From Oscillospiraceae bacterium (GTDB lineage Bacteria; Bacillota; Clostridia; Oscillospirales; Oscillospiraceae), in assembly GCA_017436785.1 (NCBI GenBank), contig JAFSCK010000023.1:53225-117224 (forward strand): a DNA stretch of 64,000 nucleotides, in the 5' to 3' direction. This document shows, one piece after another, positions 49,716-59,340 of this stretch; within the stretch, counting starts at the first letter, position 1; each line of letters starts with the position of its first letter. Both the position numbers and the translations under genes were made by a program. The notes under the pieces are model-generated. The model ran no database searches. It saw nothing but the letters and a program-made list of their open reading frames with translations, and was not told the DNA's origin.

Positions 49716-50999
49716 TTATACCTTTTCCAGTGCCTGTGCGATATCCGCGATCAGGTCCTCGGCGTTTTCCAGACCGCAGCTCAGGCGGATCAGGTCTGCG
49801 CCAACGCCTGCGGCATCCAGCTGCTCATCGGTCATCTGCCGGTGGGTGGCAGAGGCAGGATGCAGGCAGCAGGTCCGGGAATCGGCAACGTGGGTCTCAA
49901 TGGAGCCCAGCTTCAAATGCTTCATGAACACCTCCGCAGCCTTCCGTCCGCCGTTGAGGCCGAAGGAAATGACGCCGCAGGTGCCGTTCGGCATATACTT
50001 CTTCGCCAGCTCGTAATACTTGTCGCCCTCCAGACCGGAGAACTTGACCCACTTCACCTTCTCGTGACCCTTGAGGTAAGTGGCGATGGCCAGCGCATTG
50101 GCGCAGTGCTGCTTCATCCGGAAGGGCAGACTCTCCAGACCCAGATTCAGGATAAAGGCGCTCTGAGGGCTCTGGCCGCAGCCAAAGTCCCGCATCAGCT
50201 GGGCTGTGCACTTGGTAATGAAGGCACCGCCGAGGCCGAAGCGCTCGGTGTAAGTCACGCCGTGATAGCTGTCATCGGGGGTAGTCAGACCGGGGAACTT
50301 CTCTGCGTGGGCTGTCCAGTCGAACTTGCCGCTGTCCACGATGCAGCCGCCCACAGCGGAGGCGTGGCCGTCCATGTACTTGGTGGTGGAGTGGGTGACG
50401 ATGTCTGCGCCCCATTCAAAGGGACGGCAGTTGACGGGCGTGGCGAAGGTGTTGTCCACGATCAGGGGAACGCCATGGGCATGGGCAGCCTTGGCAAACT
50501 TCTCGATATCCAGCACCGTCAGGGCAGGATTGGCGATGGTCTCACCGAATACGGCCTTGGTATTGGGCCGGAAGGCGGCGTTCAGCTCCTCCTCGGTGCA
50601 GTCAGGGTCAATAAAGGTGGTTTCCAGACCCATCTTCTTCATGGTGACGGAGAATAGGTTGAAGCTGCCGCCATAGATGGCAGAGGAGGCCACGATATGG
50701 TCGCCGCAGCCTGCGATGTTGAACACCGCAAGGAAATTGGCAGCCTGACCGGAGGAGGTCAGCATAGCAGCGGAGCCGCCCTCCAACGCACAGATCTTGG
50801 CAGCCACCGCATCACAGGTGGGGTTTGCCAGCCGGGAGTAGAAGTAGCCCTCGGCCTCCAGATCGAAAAGCTTGCCCATATCCTCAGAGGTGGCATATTT
50901 GAAGGTCGTGCTCTGAATAATGGGAATCTGCCGGGGTTCTCCGTTGCCGGGGGTATAACCCGCCTGAATGCACAGGGTTTCCGTTCTCAGTTTGTCCAT
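49716..50999 (-). CDS. metY: O-acetylhomoserine sulfhydrylase
   Basis: YSRLANPT, SSGQAA, VDNTFATP, HSTTKY, HPASATH. Confidence 0.93.
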   Translation of the reverse strand: MDKLRTETLCIQAGYTPGNGEPRQIPIIQSTTFKYATSEDMGKLFDLEAEGYFYSRLANPTCDAVAAKICALEGGSAAMLTSSGQAANFLAVFNIAGCGDHIVASSAIYGGSFNLFSVTMKKMGLETTFIDPDCTEEELNAAFRPNTKAVFGETIANPALTVLDIEKFAKAAHAHGVPLIVDNTFATPVNCRPFEWGADIVTHSTTKYMDGHASAVGGCIVDSGKFDWTAHAEKFPGLTTPDDSYHGVTYTERFGLGGAFITKCTAQLMRDFGCGQSPQSAFILNLGLESLPFRMKQHCANALAIATYLKGHEKVKWVKFSGLEGDKYYELAKKYMPNGTCGVISFGLNGGRKAAEVFMKHLKLGSIETHVADSRTCCLHPASATHRQMTDEQLDAAGVGADLIRLSCGLENAEDLIADIAQALEKV

Positions 51000-51184
51000 A
51001 GAAATCACCTCATGGTTTTCGTTGAAATATAAGGTATATTGTAAACGCTGGGAAGACATTTGTCAATGAAAATACGTTTTGCACTCACCGGAGGAGAAAA
51101 ACAGCGTCATGAGAATTTCATGCTTGACAAAGTGAAATGGATGTGCTAGAATACTTTGGCAATGAAATATTGTTTCTTTTATTC

Positions 51185-51276
51185 GGAGTGATACCCAAGA
51201 GGCCGAAGGGGCTCCCCTGCTAAGGGAGTAGGCGGTCAAAAGCCGCGCGAGGGTTCAAATCCCTCTCACTCCGCCA
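51185..51276 (+). tRNA. tRNA-Ser(GCT)
   Basis: CTCCC-CT-GCT-AA-GGGAG, long variable arm, CCA. Confidence 0.95.
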
Positions 51277-51312
51277 AAGCTCATCCTTTCCGGATGGGCT
51301 TTTCTTGAATCA

Positions 51313-51401
51313 GGAGAGTTGTCCGAGCGGTTTAAGGAGCCAGTCTTGAAAACTGGTGATGGGGAAACCCACCGTGAGTTCGAATCTCACACTCTCCGCC
51401 A
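51313..51401 (+). tRNA. tRNA-Ser(TGA)
   Basis: CCAGT-CT-TGA-AA-ACTGG, long variable arm, CCA. Confidence 0.95.
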
Positions 51402-51521
51402 AAAAACCATGCCTTACTCCGAGGCATGGTTTTTTTATCGGAAGAGATTGCGCATACTGCCCTCCTATGCTATAATATCCATGAAGGAAGCATTCTCGTA
51501 ACCGGGCGAGGAGGGAGCTCC

Positions 51522-52229
51522 ATGGATCTGGATCAACTGAAAGAATCTTGGGAGATACTGCTGGCAATACTGGGATTCTGTATAACGGTGTATTTCAGAG
51601 CGGGCCGGATGATTCGCAGCAATCGTTTTTGGAGCAAGCTGAGCTTCACCGGCGTTCTATTCTACAGCGGAATCATTCTCGCAGTGACAGGCTTGATCTA
51701 TGGCGGCTCCCGCATGTATCGTAATTGGTATTATGAATTAGGCTCTGTTCCTTATGACACCATCGAAGCCGCTGCTCAGGATGGCTGCGTTGTGATCCAG
51801 CCTCTGGGCGGCATCATGGATGGAGAAGAAAACTGGGAGCAGTTTCTGCGCTATGAACGCAAAGGCGTTGCCGCCATAGTCCGTATTGCAGTACACGACG
51901 GCGGCACAGTAAACACGGTCAACGAGCTGCTCTACGATGGCCAGCAATACCACTATACCCGGAATACCCGCTATATCCACCAAAAAGCCAAAACCGATAC
52001 ATATCCAAGCCTTCTGAATCTGGTGTACCAGCCGACACCGGAGGAGGAAAAAAACTACACCCGTCGGGAATTTTGGATGCTGACGGAGGATACCTCCATG
52101 ACCGCAGCCGAGGCAGATTCCTTCCTCTACGCAGCCGATGAACGGTATGCATCCCATTGCCTCATATGCGAAACGGACTGGATACCGGAAAATAAAATAT
52201 TCAGCCCGGAAATGTTTCCGCAAGGCTGA
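51522..52229 (+). CDS. Hypothetical membrane protein (DUF4362-like)
   Basis: Two TM helices, WEQFL..VRI..LLYDG.QY; AGGAGG RBS. Confidence 0.65.
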   Translation: MDLDQLKESWEILLAILGFCITVYFRAGRMIRSNRFWSKLSFTGVLFYSGIILAVTGLIYGGSRMYRNWYYELGSVPYDTIEAAAQDGCVVIQPLGGIMDGEENWEQFLRYERKGVAAIVRIAVHDGGTVNTVNELLYDGQQYHYTRNTRYIHQKAKTDTYPSLLNLVYQPTPEEEKNYTRREFWMLTEDTSMTAAEADSFLYAADERYASHCLICETDWIPENKIFSPEMFPQG

Positions 52230-52274
52230 CAGGAAAGAAGCGCACCCGCGATGGATGCGCTTCTTGCTTTTTTA

Positions 52275-53390
52275 TTAGAGAAGTGCAGCAGGGTCCACAT
52301 ATTCCATTCCATGGGCCTCCGCAACGCCCGGGAAGGTGATATGACCTGCGTAGGTATTCAACCCCTTCATCAGTGCCGGGTCTGCCTTGCAGGCTGCCTC
52401 CGCCCCCAGATTGGCGATTTTCAGGGCGTAGGGCAGGGTAGCGCCGGTGAGAGCCAGCGTGGATGTTCTGGGCACCGCGCCGGGCATGTTGGCCACGGAG
52501 TAGTGCAGCACGCCGTGCTTAATAAAATAGGGGTCGGAATGGGTGGTGATCCGGTCGATGCTTTCGATGGAACCGCCCTGATCGATGGCAACGTCGATGA
52601 GCACACTGCCGGGCTTCATGGTCTTCACCATTTCCTCCGTCACCAGCTTCGGGGCCTTGGCACCGGGGATCAGCACACAGCCTACCACCAAGTCTGCGTT
52701 CTTTACCGCGTTGGCAATGTTATAGGAGTTGGACAGCAGCGTCTGGACCCGTCCGCCGAAAATATCGTCCAAATATGCCAGCCGCTTGATGTTCACATCC
52801 AGAATGGTGACGTTGGCACCCAGTCCCACCGCCATCTTAGCTGCGTTGGTTCCCACATTGCCGCCGCCTACAATGACCGCATTGGCCCGCTCCACGCCGG
52901 TAACGCCGCCCATGAGAATGCCCCGTCCGCCGCAGTTGGATTCCAGCAGCCGGGCACCGGTCTGGATGGACAGGCGGCCTGCCACCTCGCTCATAGGGGC
53001 CAGCAGGGGAAGGGAACGGTCAGAAAGCTGCACCGTTTCATAGGCGATGCCGGTGACCTTCTTCCGCAGCAGCGCCTCTGTTTGCTCCCGGTCCGGAGCA
53101 AGGTGGAGATAGGTAAAGAGAATCTGCCCCTCGTGGAGCAGGTCATACTCCGGCTCCAAAGGCTCCTTGACCTTGACGATCATTTCTGCAATCTCATAAA
53201 CTTCTCTGGGCGTATCCAGAATCTTTGCGCCCACCAGCGTGTATTCTTCATCGGTGAAGCCGCTGTTGATACCGGCATTCCGCTCCATATAAACGGTATG
53301 CCCCGCACGCACCAGCGCATCCACACCAGCAGGAGTAAGACCCACACGGCCTTCCTGTGCCTTGATTTCCTTTGGACATCCTATACGCAT
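52275..53390 (-). CDS. ald: Alanine dehydrogenase
   Basis: [34 protein letters not shown]. Confidence 0.96.
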   Translation of the reverse strand: MRIGCPKEIKAQEGRVGLTPAGVDALVRAGHTVYMERNAGINSGFTDEEYTLVGAKILDTPREVYEIAEMIVKVKEPLEPEYDLLHEGQILFTYLHLAPDREQTEALLRKKVTGIAYETVQLSDRSLPLLAPMSEVAGRLSIQTGARLLESNCGGRGILMGGVTGVERANAVIVGGGNVGTNAAKMAVGLGANVTILDVNIKRLAYLDDIFGGRVQTLLSNSYNIANAVKNADLVVGCVLIPGAKAPKLVTEEMVKTMKPGSVLIDVAIDQGGSIESIDRITTHSDPYFIKHGVLHYSVANMPGAVPRTSTLALTGATLPYALKIANLGAEAACKADPALMKGLNTYAGHITFPGVAEAHGMEYVDPAALL

Positions 53391-53537
53391 GATCCATTGC
53401 TCCTTTCTATATAGGTCTTCGTATATATTGTACCATATCTAACGTAAATTTCAAGAGAAACTTAAGCAGATTGCACATCTTGCTGATAAATTCCTATTGA
53501 CAAGTCTGCTATAATAAAAAGGAAAGGAAGTGATACC

Positions 53538-53732
53538 ATGGCAGTTCGGTTAAATGATGACAAGGAAATGGTACAGATGGTCCGGGACGGCTTAAAGCGC
53601 ACCGGCGGCTACTGCCCCTGCCGTTTGGAGCGTACAGAGGAAAATAAGTGCATCTGCAAGGAGTTCCGGGAGCAGATCGCAGATCCTCAGTTTACAGGTT
53701 TCTGCCACTGCATGCTGTACTACAAAGATTGA
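53538..53732 (+). CDS. Ferredoxin-thioredoxin reductase catalytic-subunit-like protein
   Basis: CPC..CIC..CHC motifs. Confidence 0.85.
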   Translation: MAVRLNDDKEMVQMVRDGLKRTGGYCPCRLERTEENKCICKEFREQIADPQFTGFCHCMLYYKD

Positions 53733-53818
53733 CGAAAAAATTTTGCAAAAGTTATTGACAAATTTCGCCGCCTGTGTTATTATACGGAAGCGCTGAGGGA
53801 AACCCAGCCGATACATAT

Positions 53819-53906
53819 GGGCGAGTGGTGGAATTGGTAGACTCGCTAGATTCAGGTTCTAGTGTTCACTGCGGACGTGCGGGTTCAAGTCCCGCCTCGC
53901 CCACCA
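53819..53906 (+). tRNA. tRNA-Leu(CAG), probable integration site
   Basis: CTAGA-TT-CAG-GT-TCTAG, variable arm, CCA; integrase immediately downstream. Confidence 0.95.
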
Positions 53907-54043
53907 AGATAAGACTCCAAATCGAAAGATTTGGGGTCTTTTTCTATACTTTTTGAGATGAAAAGTTTGTTGGAACTGGCGGCATAACCGCCAGTTCTAA
54001 CAAGTGTTCTAACAATAATCGCAAAAGCTTCGCAAATCAAAAA

Positions 54044-55159
54044 TCATCCAATCAATCGATTCAAGGAGTTTGCAGTGACCTGTCCACCACGGACAATACT
54101 ATGAAGATAGATATTAGTTGTAGTGGATGCTTGACTGTGCCCTAAAAATTCCTGAATGGTTTTAATATCAACGCCATCTTCCAATAGCAAACTTCCCGCT
54201 GTATGCCGCAGATCGTGAAAGCGAATATGCGGCAATTTATTTTTTTCCAGAAGTAGTTTGAAATGATGGGAGACATAGTCTGGTCCAAGAGACCTGCCAT
54301 CAGGCCATACGCATACGTGCCTTTGCATGGAGAAAACTTCTCCGCAGTCTGAAAGTTGTTCTTTCTGTAACTGCATTAAATCCTTGAAGTATTGTTCTGT
54401 TCCAGGTACGATTCGTAAGCGTCTTCTGCTACACTCATTCTTAGTTTCATCCTTTTCATCGACGGTTATCATTTTAGTGACTGTTCGATGAATGTAGATT
54501 GACTGCTTATCAAAATTGATATCACACCATCGTAACCCGAGTACCTCACTTCGTCGAAGTCCGTAGAAAAGACCGAGTACAATTGCCGGCCTAAGAGGAT
54601 CGTCTCCAGAGCAGTTAAGTAAGGTTCGGGTTTCTTCAAGGGTATAGGCAATACCATGGTATTTTTTCTTTTTGGGAAGGGTTACTTTGTCTGCGGGGTT
54701 AAAAGGGATAATATCCTTCAGGACGGCTTCCTTCAAGGAACCGTTGATGATTGCGTTGTGCTTATGAAGCGTGCTTGCGGACTGTCCCTCTTTGATCTTC
54801 GCATTGAAATAGCCTTGCAGGTGTTGTGCATTTACTTTTGAAAGAGTGAGCTTCTTTGGCTCAAAGTAGGGGATGATATGCTTGTTTAAATAAAGTAAAT
54901 ACCCTTCGTGTGTGCCTTTTACAATACTTGCCTGTTTCTGATCGAGCCAGGAAAGCATCCAGTCTACAAAAAGGATGTTGCTTGTGACAATTGCCTGGTT
55001 CTTTTCTGCCTCAATCAGTACTTCACGAAGCCGTTGTTGGGCTTTTCTCTTATTATTGCCTGCAATCGGAATGTCCAGTGGTATCCATTTCTGTTTACCA
55101 CGGTCGTCTCGATAAACGGCGTAGTATTTACCTTTTTTCGTTTGTAAGCTGCCAGTCAT
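54044..55159 (-). CDS. int: Tyrosine recombinase / integrase
   Basis: GLRRSEV, HDLRH, LGHS, Y; points toward the tRNA. Confidence 0.95.
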   Translation of the reverse strand: MTGSLQTKKGKYYAVYRDDRGKQKWIPLDIPIAGNNKRKAQQRLREVLIEAEKNQAIVTSNILFVDWMLSWLDQKQASIVKGTHEGYLLYLNKHIIPYFEPKKLTLSKVNAQHLQGYFNAKIKEGQSASTLHKHNAIINGSLKEAVLKDIIPFNPADKVTLPKKKKYHGIAYTLEETRTLLNCSGDDPLRPAIVLGLFYGLRRSEVLGLRWCDINFDKQSIYIHRTVTKMITVDEKDETKNECSRRRLRIVPGTEQYFKDLMQLQKEQLSDCGEVFSMQRHVCVWPDGRSLGPDYVSHHFKLLLEKNKLPHIRFHDLRHTAGSLLLEDGVDIKTIQEFLGHSQASTTTNIYLHSIVRGGQVTANSLNRLIG

Positions 55160-55160
55160 A

Positions 55161-55403
55161 TTATACCTCCGTTTCTTCTGGCAGCCTATTTGTTGCTATG
55201 GATGTATTATAGCACGAATTTTCGATAAAGTCCAGTAGGCAGCGTTTGGGGATCCGGATACTTCGTCCGATTTTGATTGATTTTATCTTTTTCTCATGAA
55301 TTAAGTCATAGGCTGCTTTTCTTCCGACGCAAAGGATCTCCTGCAGTTGTGCGACGGTAAGTATGTCGGGAATGGATTCATAAAGATTATGTTCTTGATT
55401 CAT
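55161..55403 (-). CDS. xis: Excisionase-like HTH protein
   Basis: PDILTV..LQEIL..AYDLI..IKIGRSIRIPK; start at 55403 or 55409. Confidence 0.85.
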   Translation of the reverse strand: MNQEHNLYESIPDILTVAQLQEILCVGRKAAYDLIHEKKIKSIKIGRSIRIPKRCLLDFIENSCYNTSIATNRLPEETEV

Positions 55404-55826
55404 AGGCAAAGATATACTTCCTGTTGAGAATGTAGGCTTGCTGGAAGGTCATTTCCTGTGCTGACTTCACACCACGTATTTGCAGGCGCTGCTATGCAGT
55501 AATTAAGGCAGGGGAGCGCTCCTGTCCTCGCATCTCTATCCCAGCCGCCTGTATAACTCCTTCCAGTAAGGTATGAATTTTTCAAAGTACAATTCCACAG
55601 ATAATTGTGGACATAAAGAAAGACAGAGCCACAGACTTCTTTTCTGCGGTTCTGTCCCTAAATCGTTCGTGTTGATTCGGGGATATGTACATTGGTTTTA
55701 CTAAAATATGGTCATTTTCTGAAAATACAAGAGAATTTGATGATTCATGAGAAAGATTTTTGTAATTGAGCTAAATAATAAGCAGGGGCATCTGTGTTTT
55801 GGATAACACGGATGCCCCTGTTTTTA

Positions 55827-56150
55827 TTATTCAGAATCTCTGAGCATGATCTCAATCACTTCAAAGATACTTTCCCGTTTGGCGGGAGATGCTTTGGCCA
55901 TTTTATCTGACAGCACGCTTGCTTTTACCTGATAACCACAGTCAATAACATCACATAGAAGGAGATCAGCACCAACACCCAGAGAATTGACGATGCTGAT
56001 AAAGGATTCCAGAGAAGGTGTCTTCTCACCACGCTCCACACCACCGATGTAATTGGTGCTCAATCCGGCCTTTTCCGCAAGTTCTTCCTGTGTCATGCCG
56101 TTCAGCTTACGGTACTTTCTGATATTCTTTCCAATAGCGGCAAAATCCAC
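55827..56150 (-). CDS. XRE-family transcriptional regulator
   Basis: MTQEELAEKAGLS..VERGEKTPS; GTG start. Confidence 0.9.
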   Translation of the reverse strand: MDFAAIGKNIRKYRKLNGMTQEELAEKAGLSTNYIGGVERGEKTPSLESFISIVNSLGVGADLLLCDVIDCGYQVKASVLSDKMAKASPAKRESIFEVIEIMLRDSE

Positions 56151-56328
56151 AATAATCCCTCCTTCCAGCGGTGATTTCTCCCTGTAAGTATAGATATAAT
56201 TCAAAAAAGAATACACAAACCAAACGGGAGAAACCAACACTAATAGTGTTGATTATTGAAGAAATTGTGGTACAATTCTCTTGGGAAGCAAAAATGCGCT
56301 CCTTGGAGCGCATTTCATAAACAGGATA

Positions 56329-56583
56329 TTATTCCCGGCCAAGGAGCCAGTCTACAGATACATTGAGAATATCCGCGAGGGCATTTAATTCAATATCGGA
56401 TACCGGACGCTTCTGGCCTTCCAGAAGTGATAGGGCAGGAACACTCATATCAATGCCGCGAAGCTGTAATTTTGCGAGGAGTTCGACCTGCTTCATTCCC
56501 AGATCCAAACGGGCCTTGGTGACTCTGGCGCCAATCATATTTCGGTTTCCGAGTTCCAGTTTTCTGGTCTTCAGAATTAACAC
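56329..56583 (-). CDS. XRE-family transcriptional regulator
   Basis: NMIGARV..MKQVELLAKL..LEGQKR..VSVDWLLG. Confidence 0.88.
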   Translation of the reverse strand: MLILKTRKLELGNRNMIGARVTKARLDLGMKQVELLAKLQLRGIDMSVPALSLLEGQKRPVSDIELNALADILNVSVDWLLGRE

Positions 56584-56686
56584 CCCCTGACAGAAACATT
56601 ATAAGCTGTCAATCGTTTGCTATATTTGGTATAACCAAATATAATAACTTTTATTTGGCATTACTAAAATTAAATAGGAGGGTTCT

Positions 56687-57136
56687 ATGAAAAGTTGCTT
56701 CTTTATTGGCCACAGGGAGGCAGGAGAAGAATTGCTTCCTAAACTGGTGGACACAGTCCGAAAGTTGATCGTCGAAGAGAATGTGTGTTGCTTTTATGTC
56801 GGTGGATACGGAGGGTTTGACAGGATTGCCGCAACTGCTGTGAAATGCGTAAAGCAGGATTATCCCAGTATTTCACTCATGCTGGTATTGCCGTATCACC
56901 CAGCAGAGCGTCCGGTTGAAACGACTTATGGTTTTGATGGTACTTATTATCCGGAAGGTCTGGAGGGAACGCCCAGGCGGTATGCAATCACTCGTGCCAA
57001 CAGGCTTGTGCTGGATTCGTCGGATTGGCTTATTTGCTATGTGAAGCATGGTGCGAGCAATGCACAAAAGCTATATGAGTACGCAAAGCGGAGAGAGAAG
57101 AAAGGACTGGTCCAAATTGAAAACCTGGCTGATTAA
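56687..57136 (+). CDS. SLOG superfamily (YspA/DUF1273-like) protein
   Basis: CFFIGHR, FYVGGYGGFD, AITRAN, ICYV..GA. Confidence 0.75.
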   Translation: MKSCFFIGHREAGEELLPKLVDTVRKLIVEENVCCFYVGGYGGFDRIAATAVKCVKQDYPSISLMLVLPYHPAERPVETTYGFDGTYYPEGLEGTPRRYAITRANRLVLDSSDWLICYVKHGASNAQKLYEYAKRREKKGLVQIENLAD

Positions 57137-57671
57137 ATTATGTGTTGTTTTGCTGGTGATCGGCATTGTTGCCCTTACGATATGTCAGAACGAACCTCCG
57201 GAGCCGGAACGGTGCAGCCTCTGCGATTATATCAAATGCCATGCTCCCTGTATTGTAAGTCTAAACACAGGAAAGACCGGGGAGTTGGCATTATATCAGC
57301 CCCATGATACTTTAGTAGGAGAAATCTCAGAGACTTCCTGCAATAGTATTTTTTCATTTGTTTATCCGGCTGGCTTAACTGGAAGGATGACGACATACCC
57401 CTGGCGGATGGAAGTGGATATTCCAATGGATCGTCACAATATGGATAAGTCATACTTCTGTAATGCGTGCAGAGAACTCCTGAAGCCCTATCGCAATGAT
57501 GGCTATGTGCTGATGGACAATCATGATAAATCGGATATAAAGCTTTATCCCATTGAAGAGGGTGTAGAATATGAGATACGCTGCTACCAAATTTCTGTAA
57601 CAAAGGATTCGGAGAAGAAGCACCTGAATCTGCTGGAAGTGGGTACATTGGTGATTCCGTATACCGGCTGA
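57117..57671 (+). CDS. Hypothetical membrane-anchored Cys-rich protein
   Basis: TM helix, CSLC..HAPC..FCNAC; TTG start inferred from an AAGGA RBS. Confidence 0.65.
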   Translation: MKTWLIKLCVVLLVIGIVALTICQNEPPEPERCSLCDYIKCHAPCIVSLNTGKTGELALYQPHDTLVGEISETSCNSIFSFVYPAGLTGRMTTYPWRMEVDIPMDRHNMDKSYFCNACRELLKPYRNDGYVLMDNHDKSDIKLYPIEEGVEYEIRCYQISVTKDSEKKHLNLLEVGTLVIPYTG

Positions 57672-58039
57672 AAGCATTCCTTGTGTTTCGACAAAGTTTG
57701 CTTGAATTGAACGTCCCGAATGTGTTACACTCTTTCTGTAATTGATCATTGTGCGTTCCTTAACAGGAAAAGAAGTCTTCGTTAGACTTCAGCGGTGAAG
57801 ATACCGCACAGCACACGTTGTTAGTTTGTACCCCTTTGCCAGTAATCCCACTGCGCCCATTTGGCGTATGGATTGCTGGCATTTTTTGTTGTATGGGTAA
57901 TATCCCGGTTGTGCAGGAATGGCGTATCTGTGAGAACACAGATGGTAAGGCGAATGCTTTCCGGTCATTCCTGCTTTTATTTTGCCCAAATGCCGTAAGG
58001 CTTTGAGGATATATCAATAATCAGAAAGAAGGTTTGACA

Positions 58040-58201
58040 ATGAAAGTAACATGCAAAAAGAAAACAGCCCACCGTACCCATCAGAATCCTGAAAACGGTT
58101 CTTGGAGGGGAGCAAAGGTCAAGGCAAAGATGCGCCAGGGAAATCCCGGTGCGGTTCTTCGGGTGACGGCAGTTCCCAGAAGAACAGTCAGAGGCAGCTG
58201 A
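58040..58201 (+). CDS. Small basic 53-aa protein
   Basis: MKVTCKKKTAHRTHQNPENGSWRGAKVKAKMRQGNPGAVLRVTAVPRRTVRGS; GAAGG RBS; stop 1 nt before the yqaJ ATG. Confidence 0.55.
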   Translation: MKVTCKKKTAHRTHQNPENGSWRGAKVKAKMRQGNPGAVLRVTAVPRRTVRGS

Positions 58202-58202
58202 T

Positions 58203-59267
58203 ATGGCATCTGACCTTCAGGTGAAATGCTGGCATGAGCCGCTTGTCATGGTGGATACTTCGGATTTGTCAAGAGAAGAATGGCTACAGTACCGCAGACG
58301 GGGAATCGGCGGCAGCGATGTGGCATCCATTTTCGGTGTATCTCCATTTCGCACCTGCCGGGATATCTACTACGATAAGCTCGGTGTTGCGGTGGTCATG
58401 GACGACGAAAGCAGCTGGGTGCAATTGGAAATGGGTCACAGGCTGGAAGATCTGGTAGCACAGATATTCCACAAGAAAACGGGATTTCCGGTGTATCAGA
58501 TTAAAAAGATGTTCTATCATCCGGAGTATCCGTTTATGCTTGCTGATGTGGACTATTTCGTAAAGCTCCCCAATGGAAAAACCGCCATTCTGGAAATCAA
58601 AACCACGAACTACAATGCAAAGGATAACTGGTTTCTGGATGGAGAAGAAATCGTCCCGGTTTACTATGAACTTCAAGGCCGTCATTATATGACAGTTATG
58701 GATCTGGATGAGGTTTACTTCTGCTGCCTCTATGGCAATACGGAAGATGAAGTCATCATTCGCCATATTACACGGGACAGGGAAATTGAAGAAGAGATGG
58801 TCTTTCTGGAACAGTATTTCTGGATGGATCATGTGCAAAAGCAACTGCCGCCTCCCTTTACAGAGGAAGGAGAGCTTATCATTGCAACCTCCCGAAAGTA
58901 TTCCGGTCTTGCTGACACCAATGCGCCTGTGCTATCGCTGAATCTGGCCATGACAGCTGCACTCATGCGGTATCTTCAGCTTCGGGAAGAAAAGAAAAAC
59001 TCTGAAAAATTCACCAAGCAGCTAGAAAGTGAGATGGACCGTCTGAAAGCAACCTTGATTGCGGAAATGGGGCAAAGCTGCACCGCGACCTGCGACCGGG
59101 ACGGACAGCGGTATATGATCACCTATAATCCCGTTCGTAAGCCCATGATCGAAAAGGATAATCTGCTTCGGCTGAAGCTGCAGTATCCGGAGATCTATGA
59201 GGAATTTGTGACGGTATCTGAATCCAGAAGATTTCATGTCAAGGAACTCAGAGACAAAGCTGCCTGA
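58203..59267 (+). CDS. YqaJ-like (lambda-Exo family) nuclease
   Basis: WLQYRRRGIGGSD, GH.LE, MLADVD, ILEIKT, YELQ. Confidence 0.92.
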   Translation: MASDLQVKCWHEPLVMVDTSDLSREEWLQYRRRGIGGSDVASIFGVSPFRTCRDIYYDKLGVAVVMDDESSWVQLEMGHRLEDLVAQIFHKKTGFPVYQIKKMFYHPEYPFMLADVDYFVKLPNGKTAILEIKTTNYNAKDNWFLDGEEIVPVYYELQGRHYMTVMDLDEVYFCCLYGNTEDEVIIRHITRDREIEEEMVFLEQYFWMDHVQKQLPPPFTEEGELIIATSRKYSGLADTNAPVLSLNLAMTAALMRYLQLREEKKNSEKFTKQLESEMDRLKATLIAEMGQSCTATCDRDGQRYMITYNPVRKPMIEKDNLLRLKLQYPEIYEEFVTVSESRRFHVKELRDKAA

Positions 59268-59340
59268 TGAGAAAGGAACGAAATGGAAAAAGCAAATGAA
59301 GCAGGCCTTGTGAGCCTGCAACCTGACTGGAGGTGATCCG

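Noticed and set aside
51000-51066. Expected SAM riboswitch or T-box upstream of metY
   Set aside because: TTGACA-17-TACAAT sits only about 35 bp from the ATG, leaving no room
42174-53414. Long antisense ORFs over the ABC genes, asnA, hydrolases, metA, metY and ald
   Set aside because: Opposite-strand shadows of recognisable GC-rich genes
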